Of a stretch of DNA of 64,000 nt, positions 29,413 to 44,289 are shown one piece after another. The DNA lies in NCBI GenBank assembly GCA_951406725.2, contig OX597817.1:27466001-27530000 (forward strand). Reading direction: 5' to 3'. A program made the translations under genes and the position numbers. The notes under the pieces were generated by a model that saw only the letters and a program-made list of their open reading frames with translations, did not search any database and had not been told where the DNA came from. The first letter of the stretch is position 1, and every line of letters begins with the position of its first letter. This DNA comes from Octopus vulgaris (taxonomy: Eukaryota).

Positions 29413-30466
29413 CTCAGAATTTGTGGTGAGGTCATTTTGTAATTCGCAATCGGGAAATATATCCCGGGTTCTTGTGAGTGTTTCTGAAATTGTTCGTCGT
29501 AGAAGTTTAAACACTCAAAGTAATTATTTGATCTTCCTGTTATGACGATAGCGTAAAGTAGCTCATCTTCATGACATATTGAAACAACCGGTAATATATT
29601 ATTCACCATTCGTGTTTACTTTATTAATTACAAGTACCCTACATTTGTCTTTTTTCTATTTTTATCCTTTTAAGCGTTAACAGCCCCATTCTTTTTGAGG
29701 ACCACACTGAGAAACAGTATGACACAAACTATTTAATTTTACCGAATATCATAAAATGTTATCATTAAATTACTGAGTGTCATTATTAGAAGAGCATTGA
29801 CTTCCGAATAAGAACGAACCATAAAAATGTATGATAGTAAAATCTATAATGGGGCTTATACCAAAACATTTGAAGTATTCACGTCAGTTATAGTTCCCTG
29901 TGTAAGAAAATACCATTGTAAATCCGGACAAAACCCAGAAAAATGTGAAACAATTTAATGAACAAAAGTATCTTACATTTTGAGACTGCACATTTGTGTA
30001 AATGTGTGCATTATAACCTACGCTTGTAAATAAATCTGTTGAGGTGATTTGATGAAAATCCTGTTTGGCTATAATTGAATGTATTTCTACGATAAATGCA
30101 TATACGCCATTGTCTCATTAAAGCTAAAGGAGTAAATACAAAGTACATATTTGTTCGTCAACTGATTATGTTTAATTTGGGAAGAAAATGAGAAAAATAA
30201 GAAAGAACTTGTCAGAAAGGAAATTAAACATATTGGTTGCATGTCTTTCTCCATGGGTACAATATTCTTTCCATGCCTATAATCACTATAATCTCCCGGA
30301 ATTACAAAACTGCCATTATTTGCATTTTCGAGAATTATGTAGCAAGCTGAAAGATCCTCTTTTAAAATGCTAATATACATATTGTTAACATGGAAGGGCA
30401 AATGATTTAAGGTAATTACAGGTATCGTATCATCATCGACAGAATGGTAATTCAAAATATTATATA

Positions 30467-30850
30467 CTAGCAGTATCACCCAGCGTTGCTCGGGTTAGTA
30501 TCACCCAGCGTTGCTCGAGTTATAGCCAAAAATTAGCAAAAAAATGCATTAAAAATGGAAAAAAAATGATGGTGAATTTTTTTTTAATCGTTGACTGATC
30601 GTAGACATTTTTAGAGAGTTACTTCCCTTATATAATAGCGAAAAAATTGCATTAAAATGGAAACAAATGATGGTAATTTTGTTTTAAATCGTAGATTCAT
30701 CGTAGACGTGCGCTAATACCCAGAAGGGCTCAATATGAATCACGACTATAAGATACCCGGTTTTTGTTAAACTGCACCGCAAAATGTGGGAGTAGTTAGG
30801 AATCTAAATCGGAGTAGACAGACACACAACTTGACTTTTATATATAAAGA
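30467..30850 (-). mobile_element. Non-autonomous Helitron with a duplicated 3' hairpin
   Basis: Minus strand starts TCTTTATATATAAAAGTCAAGTTGTGTGTCTGTC and ends CCCGAGCAACGCTGGGTGATACTG-CTAG, at an A|T insertion site. A 25-bp tandem duplication covers the terminal hairpin, and there is an internal ~100-bp-period duplication. Confidence 0.8.
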
Positions 30851-33335
30851 TTATATATCTTTAGTAATCTCACCCCAGCCCGTTGTTGGCAAAAAGATTA
30901 ATCCCGCTACCTCCACCGCCACCACTACCACCATCATCATCATATACATCATCATCGTCATCATCATTATCATCATGAGCGTGGGTCTTGTTAAAGTTCT
31001 TTTCCTTGAAAATAATGCAATCTTCGTGGCCGCCTCCTCGTAAATACTAACACTGGCTGACAACTATTACCAATAACGTTAATAGAAATACCTTTAGTTC
31101 TAATATTACCATAGACTCTCTTTCATTAACATTTTAATCTGTAAACACACAACAGCTATCAGCTGTCATCAGTAACATCACCTCAAGTACAATTATACTA
31201 ACTAAACAAAGATAATACCAGCATTATTTCAACACTAATAATCATTATTACTACTTACGCTTTCATTATTTACTTGTCATTGATACAATATTATAATTAC
31301 CCTTTCTAGACTAATACAGGCTTTGTATATGCAGCTGCCGTTTCCTGTTGCTTTCCACAGAATAATTTAGTTTACGTAAACTATAAACGTCTTCGGAAAC
31401 CCATTTCATTTTGACTGTAGTTCGCTGACTGCAATGTAATTCCAGATTTAACACGTGATGTTCACCTTTCTCACCTTCACATGTTTTCTGCTGTGTCAAT
31501 ACAAAGTTCAGAAATCTGTGTATCTTCATCAAGATCGATGGAAATGTTTGTCGCTCTCATAACTATAGTGATTCATAGGGATTAAATTTTAAGGATTTTC
31601 GCGAAATTTCTGGAGCTGACCTCATGCTGAACGATATATAAAATATGAAAGGATGACCACAAATTTCATGTATGAGTTTGTAAATAATGTTCTCTAAATA
31701 TTATTTTAAACATATTTTACCACAGTAATCAATGAATGCTTGCAAATAATTTCCATCTCGGTTGCAAATATTTACAAAATAATATATCATGGGTTTTTGT
31801 AAAAATCTGAAAAAATATCTTTAAGTTAGAAGTGAATGTGAGGTCTGAGAATATATTCAAATACAGTATGTTTTGACAAACGAATCCAAATTATATCAGA
31901 CCCTTCTTGATATGGGACAAACATGACATCATTCACATTTTAAGTTTGAGCGTTGCTTTATTTCGATTCAGTTATGGATGTATGTTCATCCTCGTCATTT
32001 TTAGATGTGTGAAGAAGCTTATGCAAACACTGAAGCCTGGTAATTTTACTCAAGGTTTGTTTCAGTAAAAACTATTTAATAAAATTGACAAAATTTCATT
32101 CTGGCTCGTTTGTTCTATTTGTGAGCAGGTTTTGTTCAGTTCTAATGTGAAAGAAGTAGTACAGAATGGAAATCAGATGAGTACAATATTGTAGTTAATG
32201 GCAAACCTTTTATCCAATGAATGATTCATCGATGACTTACGCACTCCAGCATACGGCACCATCAGTGTTGCTTAATTATCTTTCTCGATTTATCTCTGCT
32301 AAATTGATGTTGGATAGAAATATTCGAGATATATTATACTAAAGGTAATTTTTAATGAAATTCGGACGAGTTAACCTCGTTCAAGATCTTTAAGTCACTA
32401 CATATGTAGACATCTTATGTGGAAAAAATAAACCAATGCAAGCTTTACAAATACTCGATATAACTATGATGGCCATTCATGGATATTTCAGCAATATGAC
32501 ATGACCCAAACTAAGTCAAAAACCTATTCGTCTAAGATCAGAAAATAATTCATAACCAAACGCAACCCATAGTGATTAACACAACATTCTGGCTTACAGG
32601 ATGTATTATCTAACTCTTCGCTAACGGGTTCTGTTTTTCCGAGCAAGCAAACATGTCCCTATATGAGAGTAGCAACTTGGATGTAATTATACATAATAGA
32701 TAGCTTCTGCTAATTTGCAAGTGCAGTTACCTCACGTGCCCAAGTGGATAAAATCTTTTTTCAAATGAGGAAAAGTGCTTAAGTTACTTGGAAATCTAAG
32801 ACGTCATCTACGTATCGATTTTAGAGTTTCCATACAAACTGAAGTTTGTTTTTACCAAATGTGAGCTTTCTTTTTTTCATTTTATATGGCAATGCGATAT
32901 CAGTCCGCTATCAGAAATATGTAGTATTAATAGCTACACAATGTAGCATTGCATAATCCAAAATAGGATATTTACTCGTCTTGCTTATAAAACAACACTT
33001 TCGAGTGGAAGTCATATCTTTGCTATTACGTTAAACTGTCGTAGGTCCAGATTTGGGCAAATGCGTTTTTTTTTCAATATCTATATTTGCTTGCAATAGC
33101 AGGTTCTTTAGGTCAAACTACCGTGTCTCCAGCTACTCTATATGCCAAGATATCAAAACTTGTCAAAGTGTAAGTACAATGGTTTTGCTAAAGTATGCAT
33201 AATAGCAACGAATTAATCCCAGGAAGTGTAGACACATTTCGAAAATTTATCCCAATTTTAATTGCCATCTGGAGAAAAATATATACTTTCATTCAAGAAT
33301 TGCATCGGAAATATCTGTTGATGCAATATGTACTA

Positions 33336-33393
<58 letters not shown>

Positions 33394-33398
<5 letters not shown>

Positions 33399-33590
33399 TT
33401 ATAGAAGGAGCTTCTACAGGACTAGAACTGTTTCATTCAAAAGAAATCATCAGGAAGCTTCCTGATGATTTCTTTTGAATGAAACAGTTCTAGTCCTGTA
33501 GAAGCTCCTTCTATAAAATAAATTAATTTACTCTGCTATGTATTGAGTACCTTATTTACTGTGGTTAACCCCGACTCAACCCGGGACCTA
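33394..33590 (+). mobile_element. PLE pLTR-like insertion in (TA)n beginning with a perfect 128-bp palindrome
   Basis: 33394-33457 is the exact reverse complement of 33458-33521, centred on AAG|CTT with no spacer. About 70 bp of unique tail follows, then (TA)n(TG)n. Confidence 0.85.
33456..33506 (+). ncRNA. Minimal type-I hammerhead ribozyme motif (mirror copy on the minus strand at 33409-33459)
   Basis: AGCUUC-CUGAUGA-U UUC UUUU GAA U-GAAA-CAG UUCUAGUC CUG-UA-GAAGCU. 6-bp stem I, intact core, stem III ACAG/CUGU, GUA triplet with predicted cleavage after 33500. Confidence 0.8.
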
Positions 33591-33591
33591 C

Positions 33592-33657
<66 letters not shown>

Positions 33658-34160
33658 ATGTATGTATGGGATTAGTTTCATCAATGATACCATAAAATAT
33701 AGAATGATTTACAAAGCATTATAGGCTCATAATGTTGAACATACTGAATCTGAATAAAGCGGTTATATGATTTATATGAATTTCCTGAAGGGGGCGAAAT
33801 TTAACTGTAGATGAAATCACTTTCCCCAGAAAATCTACAGTGCTGCACACCGTGGATGACGAGAGCACAAAATATTGCTAGGCATGCATTACAGCAACAG
33901 GTCTGTTACAAAGTCTATGAAACAATAACTCATCCGTTAGACACTCTCTGCTAGCATTTCCTTTTCACTGCTTTTCTTTTCCTTTGCTAAATTCTTGTTT
34001 CCTACTCATTTCTTTATGCGCATGCATGTCTTACATGATGAGTATTCATACATGCACGCACAGACACACATGTATATGCATAAGTGCGTATACATATATA
34101 TGCTTATAAATGTCTGTATATGCATGAATACATATGTATGTATACAGGTATGTATATATG

Positions 34161-34231
<71 letters not shown>

Positions 34232-34580
34232 GTACATATATATATATATATGTGTGTATGTATGTATATATACTCGTATGAAGACACAGATATTTCATCT
34301 AAATTTACCGTCTGTTTCATGTCGACATTGCATTTCAGTGCATATTTTACAAGCAAGACACTGTATACATATTTCTATCCAAATGTAATTAGCGAATAAG
34401 AGAATAAAGTAATTAGTGTGCGCAAAAAAAAAAAATAAATAAAGTAAGTTAATGATACAAAAAGCAGTAAACATTACAAAACTAAAACAAGACAGCGAGC
34501 GCAAAGATATGACAAATTACAAACGAAATAACACTAAATGAAGATAGGATGTATCAAACAAACACAGAAATATATGTATG

Positions 34581-34633
<53 letters not shown>

Positions 34634-34637
34634 ACAC

Positions 34638-34706
<69 letters not shown>

Positions 34707-34809
34707 CAGTTAATACCAGTCCAATAGTTGAGTGATTTAATATTTCAGACCCTTGTGAAAGCTAATGCATAATTCATTATGACAAACGTAAGCGATAAAC
34801 AGCAGTACA

Positions 34810-34811
<2 letters not shown>

Positions 34812-34902
<91 letters not shown>

Positions 34903-34929
34903 AACAGTTAAAAAAACTCACATAATCAC

Positions 34930-34963
<34 letters not shown>

Positions 34964-35005
34964 GGACAGGCAGACGAACAGACAGACAGAGAGATAGATT
35001 TGATT

Positions 35006-35061
<56 letters not shown>

Positions 35062-35070
35062 TATAGATAT

Positions 35071-35132
<62 letters not shown>

Positions 35133-35146
35133 GATAGGTAGATTAC

Positions 35147-35223
<77 letters not shown>

Positions 35224-35228
35224 CAGAC

Positions 35229-35282
<54 letters not shown>

Positions 35283-35320
35283 ATAGATGGATAAACAGAC
35301 AGACAGATAGATATATAGAT
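34812..35320. repeat. (CA)n followed by a long compound (GATA)n/(GACA)n microsatellite
   Basis: Directly visible; source of the YLSIYLSI ORF. Confidence 0.95.
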
Positions 35321-35544
35321 ATTGGTGTATACATGTAAAAAAGGCATGTGCGACATGTCTACTATCGATCTGCTAAATTCCTCCAGTTTGTCAGAACTGA
35401 CAAAAGCATAAGAAAATAATAAATTTAAATGTGTGTGAGTTTATACGTATACATATATACATATTCAAACCCAGACTATACACACACACACATATATATA
35501 TACGTATGTATATGTGTATATATATATGCATATATGTATATGTA

Positions 35545-35590
<46 letters not shown>

Positions 35591-35820
35591 CATACACGTA
35601 TATATCTATATATTATACATATATATATTATATATACACGTACACACACACCTATATATATATATAGGTTTGTGTTGAAAAATAGATATTAAAATTACAA
35701 AGAATATCGGGACAAATAGGCCAGTTGATGTGAGAAAATACCTGAAAATTGATAATTAGTCAATTAGGTTTTTTATTTATTACATATCTTTTATTTTGTA
35801 TTTAGGAAGAAACCCAATAG

Positions 35821-35883
<63 letters not shown>

Positions 35884-35888
35884 AATAT

Positions 35889-35949
<61 letters not shown>

Positions 35950-36105
35950 CAAATATATATATGTATATGTATATGTATATATAAATATATATTATATGCA
36001 TATATGCAGGTGCATACGTGTGAATATTTGTATAGAAGTATAAGCATGGATTTATCTTTGAGTGCATGAATATATACACAAACATACACGCATACTATCT
36101 ATCTA

Positions 36106-36171
<66 letters not shown>

Positions 36172-36939
36172 CATGAATATATTTATATATATATATAATT
36201 ACGTTTGTATGAATGCTTGCATATATTACATCTGCTTGAGTATATGTTTATAAAAGATACAGCAGAGACACTCACATGCAGATATGTCCAATCTACGTGG
36301 CATATAATTTTCTGATATTAGCTGTTTGATTATAGATTTTCAATGCTAAATTTGCCAAAATGTGTAAATGCCGAATCAATTTTAGATTTAGCATGTATTT
36401 AGATTGTGAAATAACGTACAGATTATGTAGACTCATTTGACAATCTAGTATCCTAATATTGAACCTGGCTTTTGCATATATAAATAAATAAATATATATA
36501 TATATATACTCACGATATACAAATATAGTGTTGACTGCGAGATAAACAATGAATGTTCTTTCTGTAAATTTTAATAGTGACCGTATACATTTTTATTCTG
36601 TTTGAATATAATAGTAACCAGTACCCAAAGGACCCAACACTCAGATAAATACAGGAGTACGTCCTCATAAATGAAACATCCCTAGTACTAAATAGGAAAC
36701 ATACGTAGTAGGTAATCATACCCCCATACCCACAGAATATTTCAAATAGATATGAATGTAAACAGACAGACATAGGTACATAGGTAATATTAACAGACAA
36801 GCACACATACACAAACACACATACGCAAATGAAGACTGAAACACATAACCATATACACATACCCTTCACTTCACACAAGTATACGTATCGAGACACATCC
36901 ACACACATGGAGATACACATCCATACATACAGACACAGT

Positions 36940-37205
36940 GCTCAGACCCCCTTCGGTCATGAATGACCATGGGATTGCATCTAGAAAGTTACCCTCCCAG
37001 GCACAAGTCCGGGAGTCGCCCATGCATACCGGCTTCCTCTCTCCACGCCACCAGTGTTATCCAAGGGAAAGGCAAGGCCGATACAGCTTGGCACCGTTGA
37101 CATCGCAACTCATTTCTACAGCTGAGTGAACTGGAGCAACGTGAAATAAAGTGTCTTGCTCAAGAACACAGCACGCAGCTCGGTCCAGGATTCGAACTCA
37201 CAACA
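36940..37205 (-). mobile_element. tRNA-derived SINE, family E
   Basis: Minus strand begins GTGAGTTCGAATCCTGGACCG (B box), then CTTGAGCAAGACACTTTATTTCACGTTGCTCCAGTTCACTCAGCTG (CORE-like domain), and ends with a GC-rich tail ...CCATGGTCATTCATGACCGAAGGGGGTC. Confidence 0.75.
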
Positions 37206-37444
37206 CCATGTTCGCCATTCTAATTTGAAAATTAATGGTTGCATGTCCAACTAAATATGGTATGGTTTTACAGAATAATATCTAAAAAATAATAAAATCT
37301 CATAATGGGCTTTTTACATTTATCTGTGTATTAGAGACTTTCTATTATTTCAATTGATCAATTCAAAATATAGTGAACGAATATTTTCGTAAGAGGGAAG
37401 GCAGTTAAATTGTTTATAAATATATATTATATATGTGTGTGTGT

Positions 37445-37755
37445 TTTATCTTTTATCTTTTACCGAACTGTTAAATTACGGGGATGTAAACACACCAACG
37501 GTGGATATCAAGCAGTGGGGAAGGAAGAGGCAGAGACACACATGAACATACCCCCCCCCCCAAAAAAAAAAAAACACACTGACAAACACACATACACAGA
37601 CACACATATACGGCGGACATCTGTCATTTTCCGTCTTCCAATTTACTCACAAACTTTTGGTGGCCCGGAGTTATAGTAGAAGACAATCACTTATGGTACC
37701 ACGCAGTGAGATTGAACCCGGAGCCATGTGGTTTGGAAGCGAACTTCTTACCGAA
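37445..37755 (-). mobile_element. SINE family C copy (decayed)
   Basis: Reverse complement of the 59340-type head: GGTAAGAAGTTCGCTTCCAAACCACATGGCTCCGGGTTCAATCTCACTGCGTGGTACC...GTCTTCTACTATAACTCCGGGCC. Confidence 0.7.
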
Positions 37756-40700
37756 TGCACATATATTTAATGTCTAAACAACTCTCTTACGGAAAAGGAA
37801 ATGGAATCTCCAAACTGAAAATTCTGGTTTTGTGCATTTAATTTGTCTTCCCCTACTAGTTGTAAACAGTATGGAAGGCACTGTAAGAAACATTCATATT
37901 CGAAACCTGAATTACTGAAAGAGTTTTCTGGACATTTAGTCTCTCCAACATTCTTTTCTTTTCTGTATATACTAAGAAGGAAAATAAAGAAAATAAAACC
38001 ACTACGTTATCTTGTTTTACCTTTCGTCTAGAATCATTTTTACTTGAGAATAGAGGTTAATTAAAAGGATGTTTATGAGAAAAACAGGTTAACTCTACTG
38101 TATTAGTAATTTTATCATTATATTCCTCTCCAAATAGACAACAGTCTATGCATACAAGCGTGTTGGTGGGGTTTAAATGAAAGATGAGAGGGAGGACTTG
38201 GCGTAGGAAGAGAATTGGATAACATGAAATCACGTATTGAGAAGCGAAGTAAATAACAAACTGTTCGTGTAGTAAATTCTTTGATTACATCAAGGAATTT
38301 CAAACACATTATTTTCTATCTGTAATTATTGAACAAACGTTGGATACACATTTCTATAGATTCGCGCTGGAAGAAATTAATGCCACAATTGTATTTAAAT
38401 CTAGATTATCGTATGCTAGTGTATACATTACACAGATACACGTTCAGCAAATCACATGTATATTTTCATATGTACATACATATCTACACAGATACAAGTA
38501 GATTTAAGGATGTGCTTGATGTGTGTAGTTATTTGTGCATTTTCATGTGTATCTGATTATACAAGGTCATATATGTAAACATGTACACATATGAATGCAA
38601 CGGGGTGTAATTCTGAGTATTTTGTGTATATGTGGGTGTGTGACTAAGACAGAATCAAATTACTGGGACTACAATATTGACAATGTATGAGTGAGATGAC
38701 TTATGATGAGAAAAGTAGCAGCAAAAGAGATAGAAGTGAGATGTAGAAGTGGAAATAAGACGGTTTGAAGAATTAAGAGGAAGAGGGGAAGTATTGTAGC
38801 AAATGTTGATAGAGAAGCGTGAATATGTTTGTATAGAGACGCAATACAGAACATGTTTCTTGGTAACATGATAAGACCACCATTTTTAAAGAACGTCTAA
38901 TATACTCACATGTCAATACGATAAACGATAAGAGCTGCTGTTTTCTAAAATGTAGTCTCGTATCTTGGAAAATTTCATCCAGTTTTATCTATATGTTAAA
39001 TAATTTAAAATGCAGCACTATCAAATTTCTCAATAATTTACATGAAATACGACAATCAAAATAACAATAATGATAAAACGATAATCATAATGATGATGAA
39101 ACTAAAACAACCGACTTGATTGTATTTGCATTTCGCTTTCACTGCGTGTTCCATTTCGATCTGATAAAGCAGCAGTTATTTTGAGATTAAACGAAATAAT
39201 AACAGTGCAAATATTAAAAGTTGTCTTTAGCTAAAAAATACTTTTAAAACAATTGTTAAAAATTTATAATCATTGATATTTATCAGTATTGCCATCGTCG
39301 TTGTCGTCTTCAGTCAAAGATTTATACCAATCGAACTACTAGATGTAATTTCAAATACTGTTAAGATTTTATTACTGTTCAAAGTAAATTAAACAATGCT
39401 GTGAAAACTACCTTAATTCCTTAACAATTTTGCTATGATTTAAATAACTGTAATTTCGTCAGCATCTAAATAAAATGCTGGTTTATTTGAAGATAACTAT
39501 GTTCTGATCATTTAAATGTATTTACCAGTGATGTAGGCGAGATTAAATTTTATTTATTAATATGCGGAATTTTGAATGTTTAAAATGAATTATATTTGCA
39601 AGAATCCAAGTAATGAGTTGGTATTTTAGATTCCTATTACGTGCTAGCTGACTCCGAAGACTGAATCGAAATTCTCGAGGAATTTATTTCGAGATACCCT
39701 TTAAGCTAGGAGCTTTTTAGCATCCTGTCGTATAGTAATATAAATGAAAGAATAAGATACTTCAATGTACATTTTTACAACTAACTGTTTGTTTAATGTT
39801 ATAAAAATATTCAATTGTTTTTGTAAATACCTCACATTTGTTTTGTATTTCGGTGGATGTTGATGTCAATAAACATATGAAAAATTCTGATTAGGGTGTA
39901 TTGAAACGCTGTTTAATTTGTTTTTGCTCCTCTTCAAATTGTCCGACTTAGATTGAGCTTACTTTTGATTATAACCTATGCAAAACTATTCAATATATAG
40001 GATATAGTGTGAAGTGGATGTGGTTCCCCTTTCTAGCAGCGCGAATGTATTGCGAAGAATCTTACCCTTTGGCTCGGAAAGCTATAGAGTATCGATTACT
40101 TCTGATATCGCCACACTTTCCATTGTTGTATAAAGATTTTCCCAACTGTACAATACATTTGTATTTTAATAGGCATAATATATCTGACATATTATATTAA
40201 TTTTTAAGAATGCGATGTAATCCTTTTACATGAAAAGACAAGCAACGAGAAAATCACTTCACCCTATTTTGTTTTTAAGAAGTCATTTGTGGTGATACAA
40301 TACTTTATGGATCCGCAATGTAGTCGCCAGCAAAACTATTGAAATATATAAAATAAGCATTTACATCACGAAATATATAGTTGTATTCAAACCTTGAGTG
40401 TAAATTTCTTTATCACGGAATATATAGTTATATTCGAACCTTAAGTGCAAATTTCTTTTTCATAAAGCGTCAAGTGACCACAATATATTTTCATCACGAT
40501 ATCTGCAGGTCTCCAATCTACAAAAAATTAATGTGGATCTTACTGATTGGTAGCGAGTGGATAATCAATCATTTATTTTAAAGTATTATTTAACAGTTCT
40601 AAGAGCTGACTAGAGGAGAGTCCAGTTGGAAAATTCTTTCGGTCAAAAGATAAGTTAAGTCAAATATAGTTAGTATTGCGTATATTCACACCAACTAGTT

Positions 40701-43019
40701 TTATTTGTTGATATATAATATTAGATTAGGTGGAAAAGAATGTTATATATCTGGTTAGAAGCTCTCACACTGAAGCAAATCTAAAATGGTTTCGAATTAT
40801 GTTGTCCATGACCATTATTGAATCGAAAACTACTAACATTAGCCAATAGGGCACAAAAGCTTTCCCGCTAACGCTAACGCTAAACAATTGTAAATAGCAT
40901 TTAAGAATCGATCAAATTTCCTGTGACATGTCTTTCTAAATGTTTCTGTTCAAGTTGCATCGTGATAAAGCCACCAATGCCATTTCCATTTGAAACCTAG
41001 ATTTCTAGATTGATGTTGCTTCGATCCAAAAGTCACTTCTCGTTCTTGCCTGGTCGATGATAAACTGCCAGTTTCCTCTTAATTCTATTCCGATTCTTGC
41101 TAAATTCTAAATGTGATAGAAGCCAATATTTATTTCTAAATCAAATACAAGATGGCACGATAAATGGTTCTTTTCTGTCTTGTACATTCCTGAAAATCAT
41201 CTACATTTCTTTCACTAAAATACTGTTAAAACTACAGACATAAGATTATTTGTGTTATGTATCTAATTTCATATAAATCAAATTGAATCAAGTTAAATCT
41301 CATTTCTATACAATTCCAATCGTTTGAGGAACGTCCGTTCTGAAACAGCAGGATTCAGCTTTCACATTTCTCTGCATCCATATTGTTTTTCACTCAATAA
41401 TTCATTTGTGTGTAGTTCAAAAACATGCTGAAACTACACCATTGCGAATATTTCTGTCTAATTGCAAACTTTAAAAGAAACAAATGTATTTGGATGTAGA
41501 AAATTTTCAACGAATATGTACTGAACTGTCATCTATTATTCATTATATATGGTTAAATTGGTCATAAATATTTATTCTATTGTTACATTAAATTATCTGG
41601 TGTCATATTTTATAATAGCTTACAAGTATAACTTCTTGTGTCGGATTAACGCATTGTAATTGGTATTTTTATAGGTATTCTACTTTGGTTATAGAGTGTA
41701 TCATTCAAATCCAGAAAAAGCTGTTAATTCAAGCCAGTTGTAATCAAAATTACATAATCTTTGGCTTAGTAGTTGATATATTGCCAGAGAGATGCATATT
41801 TTATTTTTAAAATAATTAGATTTAAAGCAAATTAAATTGATTTTCTAGCGTTTTACGGGTGGTGGGTATTTATTTAGAGAGATGTGTTTGAAAAATCTTA
41901 TAGCGTAGCATGTAATATATCAGATAACGTAATGCTTCATTCAATGAGTCCTCAACGCAGAAAGATCAAATATACGGTAGCAAATTAAGTAATGTATGGC
42001 TAAATGTCATGTAAAACATGAAATCTGATAATAATCTTGCCTTAGCACCTATTTCTGAGAGGAGGATTAGAACTAATTCTATTAACCATGAGTACCACAT
42101 ACAAGTGGATATATATCTTTGTAAGTTCAAAATTAAATTTATCTGTCATTTACAAAATCATTGTTTAAGGAAAATTATTGTTTATCGATATAAGGTCATA
42201 ACAAGAGAGCGTATGTATCATTACATAACTTTGTTTGGAAATCTAGATTACATAATTATTCTCATTCGTTTAAGTATTGAAGAAAATGTAATTCTACGAA
42301 TCTTAGTAAATTTATGAGTTAAAAGATAGGGACACTAAGTATGATTTAACAAGGCCCATTATTAGTTGCGAGCTCTTGTACAATACTGGTAATTTAAATG
42401 TGATGTTTTGCCTTGAGGAAATGTATTATATATTTACTACAAAATTAATATTGTTGAATTATAAAGGTAATTTAACATTGAAATGCTCTCACAAATTTAG
42501 AAAACAATTTAAATATATCAATTATATATAACTCATTAACAGCTTTTCATTTAATATAATATGTATAATTTTATGTAATATAATATGCGTAATTTTCTTT
42601 AAAATGTTTAGCATATAACGATAGATAACTAACTGCCCTGACTCAAAAAATTTGTGTTTTTAATTCTTGTAACGTAGAATTCTTATGTTTATTTTTGCTT
42701 CTTTCGTTATCTAGTGATGGCATCAAAAGTTAAGTTCTAAACTTGCATCTTTTAGATTGTACTATTTCATGTTAATGTTCTTTCTGTATCCGTTCGTCTA
42801 CGAGAGATACTTTGTTAGTTAACTTTGAACTTACCTATCTTGGATTGCCTTGATAACGTTGACTTAACAACATATATTTTCGGGAAAATTAATTTGATTG
42901 GTATATTCTGTATCAAAATATGCTGGCACAACAGAAGCGACCGTTGGTATTATAAAGTCTGATCAACTAAAAATGTAATTTTCTCCATTCTTATCCTTGT
43001 ATGTGTGTATATATATATA

Positions 43020-43068
43020 CATACATACAGACAGACAGGCAGACTGACAAACAGATAGATAGATAAAC

Positions 43069-43136
<68 letters not shown>

Positions 43137-43225
43137 GGACACATACATATATACATGCACACATGCATGCATGCATACATAGATGCATACATACATGCAT
43201 GCATACATACATATATGGATGGATA
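43020..43225. repeat. Compound (GACA)/(GATA)/(TACA)/(TGCA) microsatellite
   Basis: Directly visible. Confidence 0.9.
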
Positions 43226-43299
43226 CGTTGCATGAAAATAAATTCGGACTTATAAATAAAATAAAATAAATTAATACAGCAAGTGCACAATACACTAAA

Positions 43300-44276
43300 A
43301 CCGACTCTACAGCTCGAACGCCGGAAGTTATTCGAGACATTCGTCAACAGATTACTCGAAGTATAAAAACGTCAACAAATAAATTACTGCAGCAGTCTCA
43401 GATAAACAGGAGATCATGCCAACGGCTGTTGAAAAGTTTTCAGTTGAAGGCGTATCGTTTCATATGTGTACAGCAGTTAAAAGAGGATGACAAGAGCAAA
43501 CAGATAAATTACTGCACACGGCTTCTGAATAGCATTGTTCATTGTGAGCTACACACATTGTAGGCATAATTTCATCTCCCCATCCACGTAAATCCACAAA
43601 ATACATGGTACTGAGCGGTGGAGAAACCTTACCTTGTGTATGAGGAGCCACTCAACAATAAAAATAAATCGGGTTTTGTTGTACTCTTTCAAGGAAAACG
43701 CATTATTGGATCGATAGTTTTTCGCAGAAGTGTTAACAGGGAGCCTACATGAAGGTTTTGAAACAATTTTGTGCTTTGTTCACTGAAGATGAGGATGAGA
43801 GGTGTACTCCTTACAAAAGGACGGGGTGACTTGCCACCCCTCTCTGGTATCCATGCAGGGGGTCCATGGGATTTTCTCTGAAGAATAAATACACAGTTAG
43901 AAACAAATTGTGGTCACCCTGTTCTCCTGACGTTCGAACGTGTGATTATTATCTCTAGGGAGACTTGAAGAGCACAGTGTTACAAACATTTCGCGCAATA
44001 CAGGAACTGAACAACAACATTACTCATGCAATCGCTGCAATCGGTATTACTGTTTTACACAGAATGCACTGAAACCTGGTTAGATGCGTACAGTTGTGTA
44101 ATAAAACCGCAAGGAACCATCTTGAAAATCTACGATGATGAGTCTTTTCCAGCCCTCCTAAATTAAACAATTAAACAAGCTTCAATAGGTCTTAAGTTCA
44201 TATTATTCTATCATATATTTACTGACTATTGTTTGCAGGTGTACTGTATACAGCGGTTTCTTGAAAACACCACGTA
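43300..44276 (+). mobile_element. Decayed Tc1/mariner-superfamily DNA transposon
   Basis: Motif traces E(K)PYLVYEEPLN (~43621), RIIG (~43699), LQKDGVTCH (~43811, cf. FQQDGATCH) and LWSPCSPDVRTCDYYL*GDLKS (~43908, cf. WPPRSPDLxPxDxxLWGxLK). Right end AACACCACG-TA. Confidence 0.75.
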
Positions 44277-44289
44277 TAAATCCTCGAAG

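Noticed and set aside
31300-32100. Possible hAT transposase traces (ISIDLDEDTQIS on the minus strand)
   Set aside because: A single weak motif; cannot be supported without a search.
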